A DNA stretch of 64,000 bases from Patescibacteria group bacterium (GCA_035646975.1 DASROJ010000117.1:389-64388), one strand, 5' to 3'. Shown: positions 18,097-28,492, counted from the stretch's first letter. Numbers and translations are program-made. The notes: generated by a model not told the origin, from the sequence alone.

Positions 18097-20469
18097 TCAG
18101 AAGGTGGTGCCGATGGAGAAGAGGAAGGACTTGGTGTCCTCGTGTCCGGTCGTGTTGAAGGTCTGGCCATAGATCAACCGGAGCGGCGCGCCGAACACGG
18201 GCAGGAAGAACCGGATTTCCACGCCCGCATCGCCACGGAAATCGGCGACCCTGAACGGCTCCCACTCGGCGTAGGCATTGCCTGCATCGACATAGACCAC
18301 GAAGTCCACCGGCTGGGACAGCGGAACGACGTACTCCAGGTTCAGCAGGGCCTTCTTCGTGCCACCGATGACACGGCTGGGCACGCCCAGCCTCGCGCGA
18401 TTGTGCCGCTGGCCGAACGGTGGAGGCGGGCAGTCGTCGAGGTTCTGCACGGCGCCACGGTTGTCGCCGAAGTTGCACAGGAATCCCTCGGGGCCCACCG
18501 AGCGCGTGCTGTAATTGCGCAGGCTCCGTTCGCCGCCGAGAAAATAGCGTTCGAAGGTCGGCAGCAGATCTCCGCCCAGGGGCTTCGCGTAGCCGACCTC
18601 ACCGTGAACGGCGAGAAAGGTGTTCTTGAACATCGGAATGTAGTACTGAAACTCGCTCTGCGGCTTGATGAAGGAATTCTGGCCTCCCAGCACCCCGCCG
18701 GCGTACTCCCCGGAGAAAAAGAACTGGAAGCCGCGCGAAGGCCGGAAGAAATTGTTCCGCGTATCGTAGCTGTAGTACGGGCGAAGGCTGGTCGTCGTCG
18801 TGGTGCTCGCAAGCCCGGAGGTCGGCGAATAGTAGGTCGTTTCATGGAGAAGGCTCAAACTGGCGTTCTGGAAGTTGCCCAGGCGCCTGCCGAATGTCAC
18901 GCTGCCCCCGTTGCCGCTGGTCGTGAACCCGACATAGTCGGTGTCCCGGCGATAGATGGAGAACCCTGCCGTGATGGGCCGATCGAGGAAATAGGGTTCG
19001 GTGAAGCTGATCTGGTAGCGGCTGGAAATGGCCCCGACCTGCGCGTTGATCGTGACGAGATCTCCGCGTCCCAGGAAGTTCCTCGTCGAGTAGGAGGTCG
19101 CGAAGAATCCCCCGTCGAGACCCGAGTAGCCACCGCCGAGCTGCAGCTCGCTGCGCCGGGGCTCCGTGCCCGCCACGGAGACCTTGAGCTTGTTCGTCCC
19201 CTCCACCGGGGTGATCGACGGCTCGCCGCTGAGCTGGAAGTAACCGAGCTGGGAAATGCGCCGCAGCCCGAGCCGGAACAGGGTCAGGTCGAACAGATCC
19301 CCCTCTTTGACCGGTATCTCGCGGCGCAGAACGAAGTCCCGGGTCGTGTTGTTGCCGGCGAACTCGATCCGGTCGAGGTAGTACTGCTTGTCCTCGTTTA
19401 TCTTGACCGTGATGTCGGCCGTCGCGTCGGGGTGCCGATCCAGCAACCGGTTCGTGGAGACGTAGAAATACCCCTTCTGGCCATACTTCGCGTCGATGAA
19501 GGACAGGCCGGTCTTGACCGTCGACTCGTTGAGCACCTGGCCCTTCTTCAGCGGCATCAGCCGGATGAGCTCCTCGGAGGTGAACACGGTGTTTCCCTGG
19601 ACCTTGACCTCTCCGACCTTGTACTGCTGGCCCTCGGTGATCTTCTGCTCGATGGCGACCCACTTGCGGGACTTGCCCGGCTTGGAGGAGGTCTTCTCCT
19701 CGACCAGCTTGACGTCGGCGGGCGGCATGTTCACATCGATGTAGCCGTTGTCGTTGTAGAGCTTTTCGACTTCCCGCAGGTCGGTGTCGTACTTGAGAGG
19801 ATGATAGATGTCCTTCTGCTTGAAACGGCTGAACAACCCGTGCTCGCGGGTGTTCTTCAGCGTCTTTTTCAGGCGCCGCGAGGGGAACACCTTGTTGCCG
19901 ACGAACTTGATCGATCGGATGCGTGTCTTGGCGCCTTCCTGGATCTTGAAAAAGACCTCGACGTTGCCATTGCCGCTGACGGCGTTCTTGGTCTCGGCAT
20001 GCACCTCGGCGTCGAGATACCCCTTCTGGTTCAGGAGCGTCTTGATCGCCTCTTCCGCCTTCTTCAGGACGTTGTAGTCCACCGGCTCACCGATCGCGAT
20101 CTGCGCGTTGTGCGACTTGAGGGCGTCCTCGATCTGGGTCTCTGCGACCACCTTGCTCTGGTCATACTTGAGCGAGTTCACCACGGGCTTCTCGGCGACG
20201 TGCACGATGATGGCCTTTCCCCCTTCGGCGTCTCGCGATTCGATCGACAGGTCGCTGAAAAGGCCACGGGCCCAGATTCTCTTGAACTCTTCCTTCAGGA
20301 CGGCCTCGTCGTAGGGATCTCCCTCCTTGACCGTCATGAGATGAAGCACCGCCTCCGACGAGATGCGCTGATTGCCCGTGATGATGACGCGCACGATCTT
20401 CGGAGAACCCTCCGCCGCGGCGGACCAGGTGAGCCTCGGAGCGAGGCTGAGAAGAATGAACGCCGGCAT
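18097..20469 (-). CDS. bamA: outer membrane protein assembly factor BamA
   Basis: POTRA repeats followed by a C-terminal beta-barrel ending ...FLFSIGTTF. ATG at 20469 gives a signal peptide (MPAFILLSLAPRLTWSAAA). The upstream extension is rejected. Confidence 0.9.
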   Translation of the reverse strand: MPAFILLSLAPRLTWSAAAEGSPKIVRVIITGNQRISSEAVLHLMTVKEGDPYDEAVLKEEFKRIWARGLFSDLSIESRDAEGGKAIIVHVAEKPVVNSLKYDQSKVVAETQIEDALKSHNAQIAIGEPVDYNVLKKAEEAIKTLLNQKGYLDAEVHAETKNAVSGNGNVEVFFKIQEGAKTRIRSIKFVGNKVFPSRRLKKTLKNTREHGLFSRFKQKDIYHPLKYDTDLREVEKLYNDNGYIDVNMPPADVKLVEEKTSSKPGKSRKWVAIEQKITEGQQYKVGEVKVQGNTVFTSEELIRLMPLKKGQVLNESTVKTGLSFIDAKYGQKGYFYVSTNRLLDRHPDATADITVKINEDKQYYLDRIEFAGNNTTRDFVLRREIPVKEGDLFDLTLFRLGLRRISQLGYFQLSGEPSITPVEGTNKLKVSVAGTEPRRSELQLGGGYSGLDGGFFATSYSTRNFLGRGDLVTINAQVGAISSRYQISFTEPYFLDRPITAGFSIYRRDTDYVGFTTSGNGGSVTFGRRLGNFQNASLSLLHETTYYSPTSGLASTTTTTSLRPYYSYDTRNNFFRPSRGFQFFFSGEYAGGVLGGQNSFIKPQSEFQYYIPMFKNTFLAVHGEVGYAKPLGGDLLPTFERYFLGGERSLRNYSTRSVGPEGFLCNFGDNRGAVQNLDDCPPPPFGQRHNRARLGVPSRVIGGTKKALLNLEYVVPLSQPVDFVVYVDAGNAYAEWEPFRVADFRGDAGVEIRFFLPVFGAPLRLIYGQTFNTTGHEDTKSFLFSIGTTF

Positions 20470-20542
20470 CCAGAAGGCCAGAAGACTGCGCAGGGTGCGG
20501 GTGCAGCGCAACACTACCTCAGTGACCTCCAGCGACCGGGAG

Positions 20543-22969
20543 CTAGGTGGCCAGGTTGAATTCGGGGGCTTCCCTGAAGGCAAGGCGATCGCCTTCGAGG
20601 AAAACCTCCACGTGACTGCTGCCGGGGAATTTGCCTTGAATCAGGTTTTCGGAGAGGGCGTCCTCGATATATCTCTGGATGGCCCTGCGAAGCGGCCTCG
20701 CCCCATAGGAGCGCTCCCCCGAAGTCGCCTTCAGGAGCCATTGGTAGGCTTCCGGGGTAAGAGAAATCTCGAGATTGCGCGTTTTCAGTGTTTCGTTGAG
20801 CCGCTTGATCATCAGTGCGCTTATCTGCAGCAGGTCACTTTCATCCAGCGCGTCGAAAACGATGATTTCATCGATCCTGTTGAGGAACTCGGGACTGAGC
20901 GTCCGCTTGACGTCCTGCATGACCGATTCGCGCTGCCTGGCGTTGTCCTTGGGATCTCCCTTGGTCAGGAAGCCCGGAGCCTTGTCACGCTCGATGTTGC
21001 TCGACCCGATGTTGGAGGTCATGATGACAAGGGTGTTCTTGAAGTCCACCACGTCGCCATAGGCGTCGGTGAGCTGCCCGTCCTCGAATACCTGCAGCAG
21101 GATGTTCAGCACGTCGGGGTGCGCCTTTTCAATCTCGTCGAGCAGAATGACGCTGTAGGGCTTTCTCTTGATCCGCTCGGTGAGCTGCCCACCCTCCTCG
21201 TGCCCGACGTATCCGGGCGGCGAGCCTATCATCTTGGCGATGGCGTGCTTTTCCATGTACTCCGACATGTCGAAGCGCACCAGGGCTGTCTCGTTGCCGA
21301 ACAGGAACGCCGCCAGCGTGCGGGCGACCTCGGTCTTTCCGACGCCGGTCGGGCCGAGAAAAATGAACGAGCCCATCGGCCTGAGCGGACTCTTGAGTCC
21401 CGCGCGCGAGCGCCGGATGGCACGGGAAAGCGCCGAGATGGCGGAGTGCTGCCCGACGATCCGCTCGTGCAGGAACTCCTCCATCTTCATGAGCTTTTCC
21501 ATTTCTTCTTTTTCGACGGTGGCCAGCGGGATGCCCGTCCATCGCGAGATGACGTCTTCGATATCAGCCTTGTCGACCTCGAGGATCATCTGGCCCTCGT
21601 CCTCGCACTTCCTGCGCAGATCCTCGAACTGACGCCGAAGGGTCATCTCTTCATCGTGATGGCGCACGGCGCGCTCGAAATCCTTGCGCGCCAGGGCCCG
21701 TTTCATGTTGCGTGTGGCCTCCTTGAGCCGTGTCTCGACCTGCCGCACCTCCTGGTACGAGGTCCGCTTCTTGAGTTTGACCCGCGCTCCGGCCTCGTCG
21801 ATGACATCGATCGCCTTGTCGGGCAGGAAACGATCGGTGATGTAGCGGCTCGACAGGTAGACGGAGCTGGTGAGCGAATCGTCGGTGTAGCGCACCTGGT
21901 GGAACCGCTCGTAGCGGTCCTTGATGCCCCGAAGGATCTCGATGGTTTCGTCTTCTGTCGGCGGGATGATCTTGATGGCCTGGAACCGGCGCACCAGCGC
22001 CCGGTCCTTCTCGATGTACTTGTGGTAGTCGCGCGGGGTGGTCGCACCGATGCACTGCACCTCTCCGCGCGAAAGGGCGGGCTTGAGGATGTTCGCCGCA
22101 TCGAGCGAGCCTTCAGCCGACCCTGCGCCGATCAGCGAGTGGATTTCGTCGATGAAGATGATGATGTCCTCGGAGCCCGTCAGCTCGCTGATGATCCCCT
22201 TGAGCCTTTCCTCGAACTGGCCGCGGTACTTGGTGCCGGCGACGATTAGAGAGAGATCCAGGGCCAGGATCCGCTTGTCCACCAGCGACGGTGGCACGTT
22301 GCCTTCGACGATCCGCTGCGCGAGCCCTTCGACGATGGCTGTCTTTCCCACACCCGGCTCGCCGAGCAGCACGGGATTGTTCTTGCGACGCCGCGAGAGA
22401 ATCTGCACGACGCGCTCCAGCTCGTTTTCCCGGCCGATCAACGGGTCGAACATGCCGCTTTCCGCCATTGCCGAGAGGTCCTGGGAAAACTCGTTCAGAA
22501 AAGGTGTTTCGCGCTTTTTCTTCGGCACGCCGCGTTTCTTCAGGATGGCGATGGCGTCCTCGCGAACGGCATACAGCTCCATCCCCTTTTCCTGCAGCAC
22601 GCGCGCCGCGGCGGAGTGCTCGACGCGGAGCAGGCCCAGCAGGATGTGTTCCGTTCCCACGTACGAGTGGAGCAGACGGTTGGCCTCCTCCTCCGCGTAG
22701 GTGAGGGCTTTCTTGGTCTCCTCGCTGAACGGGATTTCCACCGAGGTCGAGATCTTCTCGCGCGATGGGCCGATTTCCTCGAGCTCCGTGCGCAGCATCT
22801 CGATGGCGATGTTCGAGCGCTGGAACAGCTCGCGCGTGATCTCTTCGCCTTCCTTCAGAAGGCCCAGCAGAAGATGCTCGGTCCCGATGACCCGGCTGCC
22901 CATCTGGCTCGCCTCGTAGCGAGCGAGGAACAGGACCCGCTTGGCCTTTTCAGTGAACTTTTCGAACAT
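20543..22969 (-). CDS. clpC: ATP-dependent Clp protease ATP-binding subunit ClpC
   Basis: Two Clp-N repeats. AAA1 GEPGVGKTAIVEGLAQ. UVR-like middle. AAA2 GPTGVGKTEVARTLA. 808 aa. Confidence 0.9.
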   Translation of the reverse strand: MFEKFTEKAKRVLFLARYEASQMGSRVIGTEHLLLGLLKEGEEITRELFQRSNIAIEMLRTELEEIGPSREKISTSVEIPFSEETKKALTYAEEEANRLLHSYVGTEHILLGLLRVEHSAAARVLQEKGMELYAVREDAIAILKKRGVPKKKRETPFLNEFSQDLSAMAESGMFDPLIGRENELERVVQILSRRRKNNPVLLGEPGVGKTAIVEGLAQRIVEGNVPPSLVDKRILALDLSLIVAGTKYRGQFEERLKGIISELTGSEDIIIFIDEIHSLIGAGSAEGSLDAANILKPALSRGEVQCIGATTPRDYHKYIEKDRALVRRFQAIKIIPPTEDETIEILRGIKDRYERFHQVRYTDDSLTSSVYLSSRYITDRFLPDKAIDVIDEAGARVKLKKRTSYQEVRQVETRLKEATRNMKRALARKDFERAVRHHDEEMTLRRQFEDLRRKCEDEGQMILEVDKADIEDVISRWTGIPLATVEKEEMEKLMKMEEFLHERIVGQHSAISALSRAIRRSRAGLKSPLRPMGSFIFLGPTGVGKTEVARTLAAFLFGNETALVRFDMSEYMEKHAIAKMIGSPPGYVGHEEGGQLTERIKRKPYSVILLDEIEKAHPDVLNILLQVFEDGQLTDAYGDVVDFKNTLVIMTSNIGSSNIERDKAPGFLTKGDPKDNARQRESVMQDVKRTLSPEFLNRIDEIIVFDALDESDLLQISALMIKRLNETLKTRNLEISLTPEAYQWLLKATSGERSYGARPLRRAIQRYIEDALSENLIQGKFPGSSHVEVFLEGDRLAFREAPEFNLAT

Positions 22970-23089
22970 TGCGCCGTCCCCTCATACCCCTCGTACCCCG
23001 CATACCACTCGTGCCCCGCATACCTCTCATGATGTCTGCCTCGCGCCCCGCATTCTAGCGTCAGCGGGAGCGCGGGGGCCATTGTAGCG

Positions 23090-23806
23090 TCATGGCCGCG
23101 CCATTTCCTGCTTCGGCGGGTGCCAGTGTGTCGCCGGTGTCAGGATTCCCTCCCTGAGCTGGAGAATCCGGTCGCATCCCAGCGCCAGCCGCTCGTTGTG
23201 CGTCGCCACCACCACGGCCAGTTGTCGGGTCCTCTGGACCGACCGCATCACTTCGAAGACCCGCCACGCGGTTGCTGGATCGAGGTTTCCCGTCGGTTCA
23301 TCGGCAAGAACGAGAGCGCTGGCGGTCATCAGAGCCCGCGCGATGGCCACCCGCTGCTGTTCGCCACCCGAAAGCTGCGCCGGCAGGTGGGCCGCGCGCT
23401 CCGCCACTCCCAGCTCCTCGAGCAGCCTGGCCGCCGCAGTCTCGGTGGCCGACGGCGGCCGCCCCCCGATCAGCCCGGCAATCATCACGTTTTCGAGCGC
23501 CGTGAACTCGGGAAGCAGGTTGTGGAACTGGAAGACGAAACCAATCTCATGGTTCCTGAAGCGCGCCAGCTCGTCCGGTGTCCTTCCGAAGACCTCCTCT
23601 CCATCGAAAAGGTACGAGCCTCCGTCCGGCCGGTCAAGAGCGCCCAGGATGTGGAGCAGGGTGCTCTTGCCCACCCCGGATTCCCCGACAATCGCGACCA
23701 TCTCGCCACGAGCCACCTCGAGATCCAGGCCGCGCAGGACCGGCAGGGCCTTGCCGCCGGCCCGATACGACCGGGTCAACCCGACGGCGCGCAGCAGGTC
23801 ACTCAT
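23090..23806 (-). CDS. lolD: lipoprotein-releasing system ATP-binding protein
   Basis: Walker A GESGVGKSTLLHILGALD. ABC signature LSGGEQQRVAIARAL. ATG at 23806 checked. Confidence 0.85.
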   Translation of the reverse strand: MSDLLRAVGLTRSYRAGGKALPVLRGLDLEVARGEMVAIVGESGVGKSTLLHILGALDRPDGGSYLFDGEEVFGRTPDELARFRNHEIGFVFQFHNLLPEFTALENVMIAGLIGGRPPSATETAAARLLEELGVAERAAHLPAQLSGGEQQRVAIARALMTASALVLADEPTGNLDPATAWRVFEVMRSVQRTRQLAVVVATHNERLALGCDRILQLREGILTPATHWHPPKQEMARP

Positions 23807-25061
23807 AACGCAGCGCTTCCACGGGATCCAGCCGGGAAGCCTTCCAGGCCGGGTAGATCGTCGCGATGAAAGACACCAGCAGCGAGGTCGCGGCCACGAG
23901 AGTGAAGTCGACGGGCCGGACCTGGAACGGGACATACGGGATGAAGTAGACATCGGCGGGAAGCGGCACCAGCCGGTATGTGTCCAGGATCCAGGCCGTT
24001 CCCAGTCCGATGGCGCACCCCGAGAACGTACCGGTGAGCCCGATCAGGACGCCCTGTGCGATGAATATCAACATGATGCTGCGCGAGGTGGCTCCCATCG
24101 AAAGAAGGGTCCCGATGTCCCGGACCTTCTCCATCACCATGAGGATCAGCGTCGAGACGATGTTCAGCGCCGCCACGACGACGATGAGCCCGATGACGAG
24201 GAATGTCAGCAGCTTCTCGGTCCTGAGCGCCGCAAAGAAGGTCCTGTTCATCTCCACCATGTCGGTCACCGGGTGCGCCTCGCCCACGGCCGCCGCGACC
24301 AGGCGGCGCGCCGCGTCAATCGATTCGACATCGGCCACACGCACTTCGATGACCGTGGCGATCTCGCCCACGCCGAAGAGCCTTCGGGCCGCCGCCAGGG
24401 AACAGTACGCCCACGTGGCATCGTAGTCGTAGAATCCCGAGTCGATGATCCCCGCGACTTCGAACACACGGCTGCGCGGGCGGATGTCCCACGGCGACAT
24501 CCTGACTTGCCCGACGATGACGCGCACCCGATCGCCCATCTCCACGCCCAGCGTGCGCGCCAGGTCCTTGCCCAGGGCAATCCGGTCGCCTCCGGAAAGC
24601 TCCGAGCCAAGCTCGTCGAGCTTGCCGGCGGTGAAACGCGAGGCCACCTCGGTTACCCGGGCTTCAGCCGCGGGGTCCACTCCCTTGAGAAACACCGCCG
24701 TGCCCCCGGGGTTCAGCTCCGAGGTCATCAGCCCCTTTTCGAAGAGCACCGGAGCGGTGGCTTCCACGCCTGGCACCCTCCGGATCGTCTTTTCAAGCGC
24801 CGCGTAATCCTCCATTCCCTCGCTGCCGGGACTGGCGAACACGGTGACATGCGCGTTGGCGCCGAGGATCCGCTCCCGGATGTCCTGGTGGATGCCGGTG
24901 GCCAGCGACAGCCCGATGATGAGCGCCGCGACGCCCACCGCGACCCCCAGCACCGAAATGGTCGTGATGATGGTGATGAAGGTCTGCTTGCGCCGCGTGG
25001 TGAGATAGCGCAAGGCCAGGAAGATCTCGTAGCGGTTCATCGGGAGTCGGCTGGGTTTCAT
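23799..25061 (-). CDS. lolE: lipoprotein-releasing system permease LolC/LolE (FtsX family)
   Basis: Translation MKPSRLPMNRYEIFLALRYLTTRRKQTFITIITTISVLGVAVGV, with a FtsX C-terminal domain. Start at ATG 25061 or ATG 25040. Confidence 0.85.
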   Translation of the reverse strand: MKPSRLPMNRYEIFLALRYLTTRRKQTFITIITTISVLGVAVGVAALIIGLSLATGIHQDIRERILGANAHVTVFASPGSEGMEDYAALEKTIRRVPGVEATAPVLFEKGLMTSELNPGGTAVFLKGVDPAAEARVTEVASRFTAGKLDELGSELSGGDRIALGKDLARTLGVEMGDRVRVIVGQVRMSPWDIRPRSRVFEVAGIIDSGFYDYDATWAYCSLAAARRLFGVGEIATVIEVRVADVESIDAARRLVAAAVGEAHPVTDMVEMNRTFFAALRTEKLLTFLVIGLIVVVAALNIVSTLILMVMEKVRDIGTLLSMGATSRSIMLIFIAQGVLIGLTGTFSGCAIGLGTAWILDTYRLVPLPADVYFIPYVPFQVRPVDFTLVAATSLLVSFIATIYPAWKASRLDPVEALRYE

Positions 25062-25071
25062 CGCGATAGAC

Positions 25072-25974
25072 TCAGTCCTGCGGGCCGCCTTGGTCGCCGT
25101 TGTCGCTTTCATCGGCGGCCTTGCGCTGCCGCCGCCTGGCGGCCCAGGCTCCGGTGCGCGCCTGCCCGTTCGACAGATCGTAGTTCTCCCAGGTGCCGCG
25201 CAAGGCCTGCCCATCCTGCGAAAGTGTCGCTGAAAAATCCATCGAGCGCCCCAGCCGTGAATCGATCCGGTGCAGCAGCAGCTTGCGATCGATGAGCGTG
25301 CCATCGAGGCTTCCCTGGAACGGTCCGTCCAGGACGTATTGCCCGCTCACGAGGGTTCCCGACTGGAACAGCGAGAAGACTCCCTTGTCGCCGCTCGGCA
25401 GCAGCGTGATGTCCCAGACGCCGGTGACCGTCTCCTTGGTGCTGGGCAGACGTGTGTGCAGCGAGTCGATCTGGGATGCGAGCAGCGTCATGCGCTCCTT
25501 CAGGCTCAGGACATCCTGACGCAGACGGCGTCCATCCTCGCCGAGCCCCTGCTCGGCGCGTTCGCTGGAAATCACCTCGATCTCCTTGGCCTCGATCTGG
25601 GCCTGGAGTCGCTCCACGGCATCCGCCGGAGCCGTCTCGTCGTTCTTTTGCGGTCTCGAATGGATGGCGACCTTGTACCTGGCGAACAGGTCATCCAGAT
25701 CGACATAGAGCTTCGCGGTCTTGTCGCGCGCCTCATCCCGGGCCCGGCGGTTGTCTTCAACACGCAGCTCAAGCCGGCGGAGCACCTTGCCATCCACATC
25801 CAGCTGTGTCTGCAGCGCGAACAGTGCGACCACGGCATCCTCGGAGCGCACCAGCGACGGGGCCGGTTGCTGCTGCGCCCGGGGACTGGTCGCCCCGCCA
25901 AGACACCAGAGCGCCATCGCAACCAACAGAATCGACGGATAGCCGACCGGAAGGCGGAAGCTCCTCCCCATCAT
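25072..25974 (-). CDS. secreted coiled-coil protein of unknown function
   Basis: Start MM at 25974 overlaps the asd stop. Signal peptide MMGRSFRLPVGYPSILLVAMALWCLGGATSPRAQ. A long coiled coil is followed by a beta-rich C-terminus. Confidence 0.5.
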   Translation of the reverse strand: MMGRSFRLPVGYPSILLVAMALWCLGGATSPRAQQQPAPSLVRSEDAVVALFALQTQLDVDGKVLRRLELRVEDNRRARDEARDKTAKLYVDLDDLFARYKVAIHSRPQKNDETAPADAVERLQAQIEAKEIEVISSERAEQGLGEDGRRLRQDVLSLKERMTLLASQIDSLHTRLPSTKETVTGVWDITLLPSGDKGVFSLFQSGTLVSGQYVLDGPFQGSLDGTLIDRKLLLHRIDSRLGRSMDFSATLSQDGQALRGTWENYDLSNGQARTGAWAARRRQRKAADESDNGDQGGPQD

Positions 25975-26993
25975 CGGCCCGCCCTCCTCGAATCCAGCAC
26001 CCGTTCGGCGATCCTGACGGCGTTGAGCGCCGCGCCACTTCTCAGGTTGTCGCAAAAGCTCCAGAGCCGCACCGTGGCGGGCCTGCGCGCGTCGGGCCGA
26101 AGCCCCACCACGGCAAGGTTGTCCTCTCCCGCCACCTCCGCCGGCGAGCCCACCGACGGGTCCTCGAGCAGCGTGATGCCGCGAAACGCCACCATGGATT
26201 CCTTCAACGCGGCGGGATTCGGCGGCCTGTCGAAGTTGACCGTGGCAGCGATGGCGTGACCATGGAACATCGACACGAAGGCGGATGCCACCGACACCTG
26301 GTCCGGCCGCATGTCGAGCACCCGCACCGTTTCATCGCGAATCCTTTCATCGAAGGACTCCGCGCGGCTCGTGTCGACTCCCGCGGAAGGAAGAATGTTG
26401 AAGGCGAGCTGACGCCCGAAGACCTCCTGCGGCACCGAGGAGAAATTGAGCAGCGCGACTGTTTGCTGGTAGAGCTCGTCGATTCCGCTGTCGCCAAGGT
26501 CCGATGCGGGACGCAGGGCCAGCGCCTCCACACTGGTCACGGTGCCGGCTCCACGCAGCCCCGCCACGATGCTCGCCAGATTGTGCGATACCGGGTGCGG
26601 CGCGCCGATGATCGGGCGCAGGGCGCCGTCCTCCCCGGAGATCGCCTCGGGATTGATTTCATTGTGCACGATCGGAACGCCGGCGCGATCCCGTGACGCC
26701 CCTGTCAGATCGATCGCCACGTACCCCCGACGGGCCGGCCAGTCGAGGTAAGGCACGGTCTCTGCCGCGGTTCCGCAGAGAAAGGCGATGTCCAGCCCCG
26801 CGACTTCTTCTTCGTCCGGTCTTGTCACCAGCAGCGCCTCCCCGGCGAACTCGGTGACGGTCCCCTCCTGCTTCGCGTCGTACAGCTTGACGGTCTCCGA
26901 GGCGACGGCACGGCTTTCGAGAACCGAGCGCACCTCCTTGGCGAAGAGCGACATCGCTCCGAAGAAAGCGATTCTCGGGGTCTCAGCGCCCAT
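25971..26993 (-). CDS. asd: aspartate-semialdehyde dehydrogenase
   Basis: Translation MGAETPRIAFFGAMSLFAKEV. ATG at 26993 checked. Confidence 0.85.
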   Translation of the reverse strand: MGAETPRIAFFGAMSLFAKEVRSVLESRAVASETVKLYDAKQEGTVTEFAGEALLVTRPDEEEVAGLDIAFLCGTAAETVPYLDWPARRGYVAIDLTGASRDRAGVPIVHNEINPEAISGEDGALRPIIGAPHPVSHNLASIVAGLRGAGTVTSVEALALRPASDLGDSGIDELYQQTVALLNFSSVPQEVFGRQLAFNILPSAGVDTSRAESFDERIRDETVRVLDMRPDQVSVASAFVSMFHGHAIAATVNFDRPPNPAALKESMVAFRGITLLEDPSVGSPAEVAGEDNLAVVGLRPDARRPATVRLWSFCDNLRSGAALNAVRIAERVLDSRRAGR

Positions 26994-27783
26994 CTTCGGC
27001 TCCTGGCGGGAACACGCCACCGGGGGCGTGTGCCCTCTCATCCGACGGAGTCGGCCCCTGCCGGCCGGGTCCCAGCCTGGGAAGGATTCCCGAGACGAGA
27101 TACAGGAACCCGGCAAGCATGAGCACCGCCTGCGGGTGCAGCGCCGCGATGCCGAGCAGCGCCGCGGGGATCAGCAGGTATTTATACGACCGGCGGGCCT
27201 TGAGATCGAGGTCCTTGAACGAACGATACCTCACCCGGCTGACCATGAGAAACGACACCAGCAGCACGAGCAGCAGGAGCATGCCGCCGATGATCGGGTC
27301 GTTGTCGGTGTCGGGCGGATCGGGGTGCGCATAGATGGTCGTGGCAATGACGCATGCCGCGGCGGGGATCGGCATGCCGACGAAGAAGCGACGATCCTGG
27401 TGTGTTGTCTGGATGTTGAACCGGGCGAGTCTCATCGCACCGCAGATGACGAAAAGGAACGAGACGGCCCACCCCAGGCGCCCGAAGGTCGAAAGCGACC
27501 AGGAGAACGCGAGGACCGCCGGGGCCACACCGAAGGAGATGACATCGGCGATCGAGTCGAACTGCAGGCCGAACTCGCTCGACGTGCCGGTGAATCGGGC
27601 CACGCGGCCGTCCACTGCGTCGAGCAGCGCCGCGATGAGGATGAGCAGCGCCGCCAGCTCGTATTCGTCCATGGTGGCGCGCACGATGGAGACATAGCCG
27701 CAGAATATGTTGCCCATCGTGAAGAGACTGGGCAGCAGGTACATTCCCCTTCGCAGCCGTCTGGACGATGTGCGGGCCTTCAT
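26983..27783 (-). CDS. pssA: CDP-diacylglycerol--serine O-phosphatidyltransferase
   Basis: CDP-alcohol phosphotransferase motif DAVDGRVARFTGTSSEFGLQFDSIADVISFGVAPA. The start may be the internal ATG at 27744. Confidence 0.85.
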   Translation of the reverse strand: MKARTSSRRLRRGMYLLPSLFTMGNIFCGYVSIVRATMDEYELAALLILIAALLDAVDGRVARFTGTSSEFGLQFDSIADVISFGVAPAVLAFSWSLSTFGRLGWAVSFLFVICGAMRLARFNIQTTHQDRRFFVGMPIPAAACVIATTIYAHPDPPDTDNDPIIGGMLLLLVLLVSFLMVSRVRYRSFKDLDLKARRSYKYLLIPAALLGIAALHPQAVLMLAGFLYLVSGILPRLGPGRQGPTPSDERAHAPGGVFPPGAEDGR

Positions 27784-28445
27784 GCGCGGCGCCCTTCTTC
27801 CACCGAATCGGCGGAGCGAACCGGCGGGATGCCCCCATAGACGGCGATGATGGAGGTGCCGCCTTTCACCCTGTCACCCACGGTTACCCTCAGCTCGGCC
27901 TCCGCGGGCACCATCAGGTCGACTCTCGAACCGAACGTGATGAATCCTATCTTTTCTCCCTGCCCCACCGGCTCCCCGGCTCGCTTGTAGCATCGTATCC
28001 GCCGGGCGATGAGGCCCGCGATCTGCTTGACCTGCAGCACACCTCGTTCCGTGTCGAGGACCAGGAGATTCTGCTCATTCAGGTCGCTCGCCTTGTCCCG
28101 GAACGCCGGAAGAAACGAGCCAGGAGTGTAACGGATGCTCGAGATGGTTCCCCGCGCCGGCGAGCGGTTCACATGAACGTTGAAAACCGAGAGGAATATC
28201 GAAACGCAACGGCCGGCGTCCGGCGCTCCCTCGCGCCCCGGAGCGATTTTCACGACACGCCCGTCCGCCGGTGAGAGGATGAGAGCGGGATCCTGCGGTA
28301 TCCTCCGTCGAGGATCGCGAAAAAATGAGGCCACTGCCGCAGTGACCAGTGCGGCAGCCGCAGCCGCGGGCGCCGAGACGGTCAGTGCCAGCAGGAGGGT
28401 CAGGGCAAGACCGGCGGCGAGATAGGGCCAGACATCCCTTACCAT
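27780..28445 (-). CDS. psd: phosphatidylserine decarboxylase (short archaeal-type proenzyme)
   Basis: N-terminal TM segment. C-terminal GFITFGSRVDLMVP, consistent with a self-cleaving GST/GS motif region. Overlaps pssA by 4 nt. Confidence 0.8.
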   Translation of the reverse strand: MVRDVWPYLAAGLALTLLLALTVSAPAAAAAALVTAAVASFFRDPRRRIPQDPALILSPADGRVVKIAPGREGAPDAGRCVSIFLSVFNVHVNRSPARGTISSIRYTPGSFLPAFRDKASDLNEQNLLVLDTERGVLQVKQIAGLIARRIRCYKRAGEPVGQGEKIGFITFGSRVDLMVPAEAELRVTVGDRVKGGTSIIAVYGGIPPVRSADSVEEGRRA

Positions 28446-28492
28446 TTAGCCACAATCGTCACCCTGGTCGACACGAGGGCCGGCGGCAGCGA

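Noticed and set aside
18142-20559. 805-aa plus-strand ORF antisense to bamA. Similar long antisense ORFs occur at 20372-22249, 23196-25295, 46191-48023, 48097-49545, 49579-50829 and 51998-53626.
   Set aside because: The translations are low-complexity and Arg/Gly/Pro-rich with no domain signatures. They lie opposite strongly recognisable genes. This is a typical stop-codon-poor artifact of high-GC DNA.
20470-20583. N-terminal extension of the bamA ORF
   Set aside because: Starting at 20469 gives a proper signal peptide and avoids running into clpC.
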